Positions 37,642-46,100 of a DNA stretch of 64,000 bases are shown here, piece after piece; position 1 is the stretch's first letter, and the number at the start of each line of letters is the position of its first letter. The notes under the pieces were generated by a model, which saw only the letters and a list, made by a program, of their open reading frames with translations, was not told where the DNA came from and did no database searches. The position numbers and the translations under genes are program-made. The DNA is from Eggerthellaceae bacterium (lineage in GTDB: Bacteria; Actinomycetota; Coriobacteriia; Coriobacteriales; Eggerthellaceae). The DNA lies in the NCBI GenBank assembly GCA_015062605.1, contig SUUI01000006.1:15205-79204 (forward strand), read 5' to 3'.

Positions 37642-38975
37642 CGACGAAACTTACAACAAACGCCGCCAAGGCGCAGGCGACCAAACTCACCGTTTTAGGC
37701 GAGATCAACCACATGGAAGTCGACATCGCCATCGTAGGCGGCGGTGCAGCAGGTCTAGCCGCTGCGAATGCAGCCTATGATGCAGGTATCACCAACGTTG
37801 CCATCTTCGAGCGTGAAACCGCCACGGGCGGCATCCTCAAGCAGTGCATCCACAACGGCTTCGGCCTGCACCGCTTCAAGGAAGAGCTCTCCGGTCCCGA
37901 GTACGCAGCCCGCGAGCATGAAGCCGCCGTTGAACGTGGCATCCAAATCAACTACCAGGCATTCGTCTTAAGCATCGAAGAGGGTCCTCTGCTTCGTGTC
38001 ATCAGCCCAACGCTCGGCATGACGCACGTGCACGCAGGTGCGATCATCCTCGCGATGGGTTCCCGTGAACGCACGCGCGGCATGTTGCAGATCCCAGGCA
38101 CGCGCCCCGCAGGCATCTATACCGCAGGCACCGCCCAGCATATGATCAACCTCGAGGGAATCATCCCCGGTCGCGAGGTCGTCATGTTGGGCTCAGGCGA
38201 CATCGGATTGATCGTCGCACGTCGTCTCGCCTATGAAGGTGCCAACGTGAAAATGGTTTTGAACCGTTCACATTTCTCTGGCGGCCTTCGCAGAAACATC
38301 GTGCAGTGCCTCGATGATTACGGCATCCCTTTGCGTCTTCTGCATACCATCACGAACGTCTATGGCAAAAACCGCGTAGAGGCAGCCGGCGTATCCCAAG
38401 TCGATAAGGCGACCAAGAAGGCGATTCCTGGCACCGAGGAGATCATCCCATGCGACACGGTGCTCTTAAGTGTCGGCCTCATTCCCGAAAACGAACTCGC
38501 CCGTGCCGCAGGCATCGTCATGGACCGTGGCTCAAAGGGCGCGCTTGTCGATCAGACCTATCAGACCTCGATCCCCGGCATCTTCTCCGCAGGTAACGTC
38601 CTTCATATTCACGATTTGGTGGACTTCGTGAGCGAGGAAGGCGAAGGTGCAGGTCGCGCAGCCGCCGAATACGTGAAAAACGGGGGCGCTGAGCGCGCCG
38701 AGCTCGTGGAAGTGGTCCCTGGCAGTGGCGTGAGCTACGTTGTTCCGCAACGCGTCACACCTGCCGCACAGGGCAAGGTGCTCATGCGCTTCCGCGTACG
38801 CAACATCTACAAGAAGCCAACAGTGCATGTCCTCGCCGATGGCGTGGAAGTGAAGAAATTCAAGCGCCAGATTCTGATTCCAGCTGAGATGGCCGAGATT
38901 AAGGTCGATGCCGAGCTGATTGCAGGCCATAAGACAATCGAAGTCACCGTGGAAGCAGGTGAGCCCAATGAGTGA
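37638..38975 (+). CDS. NAD(P)/FAD-dependent pyridine nucleotide-disulfide oxidoreductase family protein
   Basis: ORF 37596..38975. The likely start MTTKLTT is at 37638, giving an ATGA overlap with the upstream stop. There are two Rossmann motifs (DIAIVGGGAAGLAAA and VVMLGSGDIGLIVA). Confidence 0.75.
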   Translation: MTTKLTTNAAKAQATKLTVLGEINHMEVDIAIVGGGAAGLAAANAAYDAGITNVAIFERETATGGILKQCIHNGFGLHRFKEELSGPEYAAREHEAAVERGIQINYQAFVLSIEEGPLLRVISPTLGMTHVHAGAIILAMGSRERTRGMLQIPGTRPAGIYTAGTAQHMINLEGIIPGREVVMLGSGDIGLIVARRLAYEGANVKMVLNRSHFSGGLRRNIVQCLDDYGIPLRLLHTITNVYGKNRVEAAGVSQVDKATKKAIPGTEEIIPCDTVLLSVGLIPENELARAAGIVMDRGSKGALVDQTYQTSIPGIFSAGNVLHIHDLVDFVSEEGEGAGRAAAEYVKNGGAERAELVEVVPGSGVSYVVPQRVTPAAQGKVLMRFRVRNIYKKPTVHVLADGVEVKKFKRQILIPAEMAEIKVDAELIAGHKTIEVTVEAGEPNE

Positions 38976-39333
38976 GAAAACATTTAAGCACTTCATTTGC
39001 GTGAGCTGCCCTGTGGGCTGCGAGCTTGAGGTCACGATGGAAGATGGCGTGGCAACACAAGTCACGGGCTATACCTGCAAGCGCGGAATAGAGTACGGCA
39101 TCGACGAGGCCACCGACCCTAAACGCGTCGTTACGTCGCTCGTGAACGTTAAAGGTGAGCAGATGCCCTGTTCGGTACGCACGAACCAGGCGATCCCTAA
39201 ACGCCTCATCCCTGACTGCGTGGAAGCACTTCGAGGCATCGAGCTTAAGCCTCCTGTAAAGATAGGAGATGTGGTGCTCAAGGACGTTTGCGGTACAGGC
39301 GCGAACGTCATCGCGACGAAGAACTTCGACTAA
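38968..39333 (+). CDS. DUF1667 domain protein (third member of the GlpA-like trio)
   Basis: The start MSEKTFKHFICVSCPVGCELEV is at 38968 and overlaps the upstream stop. This small Cys-containing protein is typically found after the two flavoprotein genes. Confidence 0.75.
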   Translation: MSEKTFKHFICVSCPVGCELEVTMEDGVATQVTGYTCKRGIEYGIDEATDPKRVVTSLVNVKGEQMPCSVRTNQAIPKRLIPDCVEALRGIELKPPVKIGDVVLKDVCGTGANVIATKNFD

Positions 39334-39336
39334 ACA

Positions 39337-39359
39337 GATGGGCGGCATTGCCGCCCATC
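39337..39359. terminator. bidirectional intrinsic terminator between convergent operons
   Basis: A perfect 10-bp GC-rich stem, gatgggcggc-att-gccgcccatc, followed by tttcattt on the plus strand. It sits in the 32-nt gap between the stops at 39333 (+) and 39366 (-). Confidence 0.75.
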
Positions 39360-39365
39360 TTTCAT

Positions 39366-40085
39366 TTAATTTCGTGGTTCATCAGGTGCTAAATCGTATT
39401 TATGCTTGATGCGCTCAAGTTTTTTGCGCCATGGTGCATAGAGAACGAGTAAGAAGATGACCGTCGAGATGCCATTCGCCAAATCCAGAGGCAGACCAGC
39501 ACCGTATGCAAGCAATGCGGACTGCCACGTGATGGGATGAACATAGCCGATGATGTACCAGGAGTTCAAAAGGAAACCATACTCGAGAATCGGCGCGAGT
39601 AGACCATATCCATACAGAATCGGTTTGCGCTCGAAGGCGCCATGGTCTGCGAGCACGCCTGCAAGATAACCCATCAACCCGAACCCGTACATCTGCCATG
39701 GGGTCCACGGGCCCTGACCTAAGAAGAAGTTGGACAGAAGCATCGCAAGCGCCCCGACCATGAATCCAGAACGCCTACCGAAAATGATACCCGCCATGAT
39801 GGTGATGGCACCGACCGGCTGCACGTTCGGGATGACTGCGAAGACGATGCGCCCCGCAACGGCAAGCGCCGCGAGCACGACCGTGGGCATGATCTGCCGA
39901 AGCTGAGGACGCGATGCTTCAAAGCTCGCGAAGAACACGAGCACACTCAATAAAACCACGACCATCGTGAGCAACGCGGACTGATCCACCTGCATGAACG
40001 CAGCAGAGAGCAAGCTCATCGGAACGATGATGAGCGCTGGTATCTCCAGTTTCTGCCAGATATTTGCCATCGTGCCCTTCGTCAT
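39366..40085 (-). CDS. putative ECF transporter substrate-capture (S) component, specificity unknown (not CbiM-like)
   Basis: A 239-aa, very hydrophobic protein with about 6-7 TM segments. It starts 1 nt after the ECF ATPase stop. The assignment rests on context and topology only. Confidence 0.6.
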   Translation of the reverse strand: MTKGTMANIWQKLEIPALIIVPMSLLSAAFMQVDQSALLTMVVVLLSVLVFFASFEASRPQLRQIMPTVVLAALAVAGRIVFAVIPNVQPVGAITIMAGIIFGRRSGFMVGALAMLLSNFFLGQGPWTPWQMYGFGLMGYLAGVLADHGAFERKPILYGYGLLAPILEYGFLLNSWYIIGYVHPITWQSALLAYGAGLPLDLANGISTVIFLLVLYAPWRKKLERIKHKYDLAPDEPRN

Positions 40086-40086
40086 G

Positions 40087-41574
40087 TCAGATGCCAGACT
40101 CCATTTCTGGACGAGTCCATGTCACAAAGAACCGATCGATCACGGGACGATAGAACAGATTCTCTGCGAAGAACAGAGAAGTCGGCTCCGTACTCACGAT
40201 CTGCCCGTCGAAGATCATCGATGTGGTATCCGCGACACGCGATGCGAATGCCAGGTCGTGCGTGACAAGGAGAACCGTCGTTCCATGTGCTGCAGCACGG
40301 CAAATCGCATCGGCAACGATGTACTTGGAACGGACATCTAAACCTTTGGTAGGCTCATCGACCATAAGCAACGCTGGTTTCGTGAGCATGATCTTCGCGA
40401 ATGCCAAGAGCTGTTGCTGACCGCCTGACAAGTCGTAAGGGTGCTGCCCAAGCACATGGTCGATATGGAGGTTCTTCGCCAGAACCTGAATGTCCTCATC
40501 GGTATAGCCGCAACCTTTTTGCCATTCGGCAAGCTCTTCAGCTGCCGTATCGCACACGAACAGCGACTTGGGGTCTTGTGGCAAAAGCGCCTGATTATCT
40601 TTAAGCAGATTCTTCAAAGAGCCGCGGTCTATCTTCATGATGCCTGCCATCGTGGAAAGAAGCGTTGATTTGCCGCTTCCGTTGCCACCAACAAGCGTAT
40701 GAACCGAGCCCTTCTTCAATGTGAAATCCAACCCGCGCAAAACATAGGGCAATTCGCGCTTGTAACGCACATACACGTCTTTGAATGTGACGGCAACATC
40801 CTCTCCCGAAAACGCGGGGGCGCATACGCCCTCCGCTCGAAAATCCACCGAAGATGCGCGTTCGTGAACCTCACGTCGATACGCTTCCACATCCCTATCT
40901 TGAACTTTTCCGTCCTTCATGACAGCGAAGACTGTAGCGTAATCGACCACGGTCTCCGGCTCATGCGTGACCATGAGAATAGTCAAGCCCAACTCGCGGT
41001 TGATACGGAAGAGCGCATGCAGGAAGTTCTTGGAAGCCACAGGGTCGAGTTGCCCTGTGGGCTCATCTAAAAGCAGGATGCGCGGGCGGAGCGCGAGAAT
41101 ACTCGCAAGGGTCAGAAGCTGCTTCTGACCACCCGAGAGCTCGTTCGTGGCATTATCCAGCCATGGCTCGATGCCAAAGAAGTGCGCTACCTCAGCCACA
41201 CGACGGTGCATCTCGTCTTGCGGGATCGCAAGGTTCTCTAACCCGAATGCCATCTCATGCCACACAGTGTCGCATACGATCTGATTATCAGGGCTTTGCG
41301 ACACATACCCGATAGTCTGTGCCGATTCGGAAGCAGAGAGCTCTTCGATCGGTCTTCCGAACACGCGGATGGACCCCTCGCGCACACCCGTAGGAGCAAG
41401 CTCGGGCTTCATATTGCGAAGAAGCGTGGTCTTGCCGCAGCCCGTGGCGCCCACGAGCAACGTGAGCGAACCTTCCTTCACGGTCCAATCTACGGGGCCT
41501 AGGATGAGCCTATCGCCATATGCGAACGTGAATCCAGAAACCTCGATGGCGGGGACATTCCTTACAGGCTCCAT
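40087..41574 (-). CDS. ECF transporter ATPase, fused EcfA-EcfA' (two ABC domains)
   Basis: A 495-aa ORF with two Walker A motifs (GATGCGKTT, GGNGSGKST), two signatures (LSGGQKQ, LSGGQQQ) and two Walker B motifs (LLLDEPT, LMVDEPT). Confidence 0.9.
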   Translation of the reverse strand: MEPVRNVPAIEVSGFTFAYGDRLILGPVDWTVKEGSLTLLVGATGCGKTTLLRNMKPELAPTGVREGSIRVFGRPIEELSASESAQTIGYVSQSPDNQIVCDTVWHEMAFGLENLAIPQDEMHRRVAEVAHFFGIEPWLDNATNELSGGQKQLLTLASILALRPRILLLDEPTGQLDPVASKNFLHALFRINRELGLTILMVTHEPETVVDYATVFAVMKDGKVQDRDVEAYRREVHERASSVDFRAEGVCAPAFSGEDVAVTFKDVYVRYKRELPYVLRGLDFTLKKGSVHTLVGGNGSGKSTLLSTMAGIMKIDRGSLKNLLKDNQALLPQDPKSLFVCDTAAEELAEWQKGCGYTDEDIQVLAKNLHIDHVLGQHPYDLSGGQQQLLAFAKIMLTKPALLMVDEPTKGLDVRSKYIVADAICRAAAHGTTVLLVTHDLAFASRVADTTSMIFDGQIVSTEPTSLFFAENLFYRPVIDRFFVTWTRPEMESGI

Positions 41575-42488
41575 ACGATGCGCTCCTTAATCTCCAAAAT
41601 GAAGGGAATAATCAAGAACAGAAGGTAAGGCAGGTAACCCCACCACACAATAAGCTCGCTGAGCTTTGGATAGTAGGTGAACTGCGTGCATGCCGCAATG
41701 GCGCAAACCGTGCTTATCACGATGAGAACGCCCATGATAGCCGCCATAACGCCATCGCGAGCGCGAAAGTCGCTTCTTTGATAGGTGGTGCGCTTCGGGG
41801 CAGCACCCCAACCGCGAGCCCTCATGGCCTCGGAAGTGTCAAGTGAGTCTTCCATTCCCCACCCCATGAGCACCGTGAGATCGCGCAAATACGTGCGGAC
41901 AGAATCCGCCCGCTTCGCGAAGAAACCCTTACTTGCGATAGCATCAGAAGTACCTTGCGAACCGAAGCCTACCTGATTATCAAGGTTGGCAGAGGTGCAG
42001 AATTCCTGCGTTGAACGTATCGACTTGGAACGTCGCATGAATTGCGGGACCAAGCGCAGAATCATCGTCACCATGAGTCCTATCGTGGGCATAACCCTAC
42101 CCGTAAGCTGCATCATCTTATCGCTCGTGAGTATATGCGAGAGGTTAGAGAACCACTGCATGATAGATACGAGCATGATTCCCATGCATAGGCCGTATAC
42201 AAGGCTTTCCAAATAGAAAGCGCTGTATCCGAACATGAACAGGACCGTCGATCCGCTTTGCGAGAATATCGGGTTCAGAAGCGTGATGATCAAAAGCAAT
42301 GGCAGCTGCCATGTAAGCGTTTTGAGCGCGGGACGCCATCCACGCAAGAAGATGTTATAGGCGATCGCCACGATGAAATTCATGGCCAGAAAGACCGGCT
42401 GGAACGCGGCCATTGTGAATACAAGCGCCGCAACCAGATAGATTGCGGCGATCGCAGGATGATATGTGTCAAAGGCTGTTCTGGTCAT
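41562..42488 (-). CDS. ECF transporter transmembrane (T) component, CbiQ/EcfT family
   Basis: A 308-aa polytopic ORF with the characteristic coupling-helix Ala-Arg-Gly motif (SEAMRARGWG). It overlaps the ATPase start by 13 nt. Confidence 0.85.
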   Translation of the reverse strand: MTRTAFDTYHPAIAAIYLVAALVFTMAAFQPVFLAMNFIVAIAYNIFLRGWRPALKTLTWQLPLLLIITLLNPIFSQSGSTVLFMFGYSAFYLESLVYGLCMGIMLVSIMQWFSNLSHILTSDKMMQLTGRVMPTIGLMVTMILRLVPQFMRRSKSIRSTQEFCTSANLDNQVGFGSQGTSDAIASKGFFAKRADSVRTYLRDLTVLMGWGMEDSLDTSEAMRARGWGAAPKRTTYQRSDFRARDGVMAAIMGVLIVISTVCAIAACTQFTYYPKLSELIVWWGYLPYLLFLIIPFILEIKERIVWSL

Positions 42489-42510
42489 CTAGGGCAAGAC
42501 ATGCCTTCCT

Positions 42511-43128
42511 TTACATGTCATCGTATTTCGTGACATAGTACCAACGAACCCTATCGCCATCGCTGAGCACATACGATCCGCAAGACATCATCGGTGTGTA
42601 ATCATTGACTGAATACATCCACCCGCTCGTTTTGCCGTAATCGTATTCCGAAAGACCGTTGATGGAGCGTACATATTCGCTGCTGCCACCGAAAGGCAGT
42701 CCCGTCGCCACTAAGGCATCGAAGACCGTTGCTCCCTCGTCAAGCTCGACCGTCATGTCCGCGAAGTATCCGCGATCGGCATTGGTCGCATCAACGTAAA
42801 TGTAAATCGAGATTGTTGCAGCTTCAGGCTCGGGTTCAGGCTCTGGCACGGGCTCCGGTTCGGAGCTCGATTCGCCAGATGGCGAAGATGCGGACGAGGA
42901 GCTCGACTCTCCCGACGATGGCTTCGCGGCCTCGTCGGAAGCAGCCTTCCCTCCCTCGCTTTCTGTTGCAGATTCGCCGGATTTCTTTTCAACTTGCTCA
43001 GTCTGTGCGGTTGGTTTGTCCTTGGTTGTCTTGAACAGATCACAACCGCACATACATGTGGAGCACAGGAGCACCAATAGACATGCGATAAATGTCCGCG
43101 TCAGTCTTTTCGGTGCTCCTGTTATCAT
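42511..43128 (-). CDS. DUF4430 (transcobalamin/intrinsic-factor C-terminal-domain-like) lipoprotein
   Basis: A 205-aa ORF with an AAGGAG RBS and a lipobox (STCMCGC|D). A Ser/Glu/Pro-rich linker is followed by ISIYIYVDATNADRGYFADMTVELDEGATVFDALVATGLPFGGSSEYVRSINGLSEYDYGKTSGWMYSVNDYTPMMSCGSYVLSDGDRVRWYY, the DUF4430 pattern as I recall it. Confidence 0.75.
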   Translation of the reverse strand: MITGAPKRLTRTFIACLLVLLCSTCMCGCDLFKTTKDKPTAQTEQVEKKSGESATESEGGKAASDEAAKPSSGESSSSSASSPSGESSSEPEPVPEPEPEPEAATISIYIYVDATNADRGYFADMTVELDEGATVFDALVATGLPFGGSSEYVRSINGLSEYDYGKTSGWMYSVNDYTPMMSCGSYVLSDGDRVRWYYVTKYDDM

Positions 43129-43169
43129 AAATATGCTCCTTTACACTTCTTGTTTAGGCGAATTATACC

Positions 43170-46100
43170 TTATGCGGTTTTTTCGCCAAGCTGGCCAAGT
43201 GAGAGCCACAAATCATTGGTAGCACGATACCAGCCAGGAATCTTGTCTGACGAAGAGCCAGTATTATTCCAAACTGTGATGTCAAGAACCGTACCATTAT
43301 TCAGCATAGCCTCAACTTCTGCCTTAGGCAAAGTGATTTCGAAGTGCCACATCGTGACACCTTCGTTCGTACCAGCTGAGGTGCCCTCAATAACTTGAGT
43401 TCCTGCAGGCAGATATGAATCCGCGACATAGTTCTCGCCATCAGGAATGAAATCGTGAGACTTGGCAAGGGCAAGGCGCGAATACTTGCCTACAGAAGAA
43501 GTCGAACCATCTTCTGTAAAGATAATCGTGGCGGTATCGCCCTCAACCTTCAAGAAGCGGCTATCGGCCACCATGTGGTTGAACATTGCGCCTGGACCAG
43601 ACTTAAGCTCTGGAAGCGAATACGTTCCATCTTCGAGCACGACGGGCTCCTTGATGGTGAACTCGGCTGTCACAATGCCAGTGTAGCCCGCAGACTCCAC
43701 GCCGGTAATCGTGTACACGACCTTTCCGACAGACGTGCCATCAGAGGTCGATGCAACCGACCCATTGCTGACCGTGTAATCCTGATCGGCAACGAGGGTC
43801 TTGTCACCAATTGCGACCGTGATGGCCGGCTGATGCGGCTGGCCATCATAGAGCACGCTCTCGGGCTCAAGCGTCACCGTAGCCGTGCTAAGGTTGATAA
43901 GCTGTGGCTGGTCACCCTCAATCGCAGCCTTGGTGTGCATGACGTAGAGCTGCTGGACGGACTCGATCTCGCCGAGGCCGGCGATCTGGCAGCTGACGTT
44001 CGCGGGAGCGAAGTTGCCCTCAGCCGTGAACTGGCTGTACCAGGACTCCTCGTCCTCGGGGTCGGCCATGTCATTGTTGGCATGGTCACCTGCGACGACC
44101 ATCAGCGGACGAAGGATGACCTTCGTATAGCCAGCGGCCTTCACCTTGGCGATGACCGCAGAGCACTCGGTGCTTGCGGGCTCGCCCTCGACGGTGCCGA
44201 TGAAGACGTTATCGTAATGGAGCATGTTCATCATGGTCTGCATCTGCTCATAAGTGATGCTCGCATTATGAGCGGTGCCATGGCCCATGAACACGATGGC
44301 GGTGCCACTGGCAGCGGCATCGTTTACGCTATCGAAGCCGGCAGCTTTGCTTGCAGTGCCAGCCGCCGCCATGGCGACGGACTCCTTGTCGCCGTTGACG
44401 ACGGAAGCATCGGCACCGACCTCGCCGAGCAGCGGCTCGGCGACCTTGACGGACTCGAACTTAGACTCGTAGGGCGCGAGTGCCGCGACGAGCTCGTCGT
44501 ACTCGGCGCCATGCATCAGGTGCGTGGGCTGAACAACGAGATTCTTCACACCGTTGGCGACCGCGCGGTCGAGGGCCTGCTGCATGTTGTCGATCTTGAC
44601 GCCGTCACGCGCGTAGATGTGGTTGATGATGATCTGAGCGGTGAACGCGCGGCGCACGGACCAATCCGGGTACGCGGCCTGGATTGCCTTCTCGACGCCA
44701 CCGATGTCCGCAGCACGGCTATTGTTGAACGACGTGCCGAAGCTCACGACCAGAATCTCGTTCTCGCCGATGCCGTCCTGGTTCAAGGGATTATCGGCAG
44801 AAGCATCACCCGTGTCGCGACCGAAGTAGTCGTACTCCTCCACGAGGAGCTTCTCCTCGTCGCTCAGGGCATCCCAAGCGGCCTTGGCGGCCTCGCAGTC
44901 GGCCCAGGTCGTGTCGGTGAAGTACTGGACCTGGATCTTGGCGATCAGGTCGTCGACGCTATCGCCGGAGACCGGCTCGGTCCAGCTGGCGAGGTAAAGC
45001 GTGCCAGCAGCCTCGTTGAGGGTGATCTCGCGCGGATACCACTCCTCGTTCTTCACGGACCAGAACGACATGACGAACGGCTCGCCGTTGGCGAGGTTGA
45101 CGACGGACGTCGGATCGCCGTAGGTGGCGACCCACTTCACCGGGATGGTGAAGGACCGGTCGTCGGCGATGGCGATGGTCTCGGTCGCCGCGGCGGCCTC
45201 ATCGGGCGTGCCGACGAATGCCTTCGAGTACGACGCGGATCCCATGGTCATGACCAGGTCGGCCTTGTAGTTGTTGGAGTTCGGGCCGCCGACCATCTCG
45301 AGCGTCGCGGAGGAGACGCTCATCATGAGGCCGGTCTCCTTGCTCACCTCGAGGACCTTGGAAGCCTCGAAGTCGCCCACCACGAGCGTCTTAGCGTCGA
45401 GATCGAGTGCGAACTGGCGCGGATAGAAGGAGCGCTCGATTGCATTCTGGCCCTGCAGATACTTCTGATAGTAGGTATCGGAGATCGACACGACGGGAAC
45501 GTCCTTGCCCAGCTCATCGGCGGCGATGTTTGTCTGGAACTCCCATTTTCCATCGGAGTTCTGCACGCCCTTGATGAGCTTGTCGGAGCCGGTATCAGCG
45601 GCAATGCCGGAGGCGATGTCCTCCTTAGCGGCGACTGCCTGCTCGTAAGTGCCCTTGTACAGCCAATGATAGCTCGAACCGGACAGCGTGAAGGTCAGCG
45701 TCGCGGAGCCGTCAGCGTTAGCGACAGCGGAAGCGGTCGCAGCCTTGAACATGCCAGTATTGTTGGTGATGACAAGCTCGATCGGCTCAGCCGGAGTCAG
45801 CTTATCTTCAGATGGAATCGCCAAGTAATACTGGTCTGCCGTGGTCGCGGAGGGGTCCTTCACCTTATTCGGAACAACCGGCCACGCATAACCGCAGTAG
45901 CTCTTCGGAAGGGTAATCGAGAAGGTCTCGCTATCGAAATCAAAAGCGAAGTAAGAGTCGTCCTTCCATGTCGACTGAACACTGATATCAGCATTCAGGA
46001 AGAAGCCTTTGTAAATCGTCTTGTTCTTGGGAACGTAGTTGATAACGACATTATCGCCTTCGATGGCGATCGTGGTGCCCTCTTGCGGACCGAACATGCC

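Noticed and set aside
43170-43300. A search for a sortase (LPXTG), SLH, choline-binding or lipobox anchor at the ends of the giant protein
   Set aside because: None was found. The C-terminus ends ...WYRATNDLWLSLGQLGEKTA, and the N-terminal signal has an AxA cleavage site, not a lipobox. Attachment is therefore left open, with the lectin domains as one possibility.
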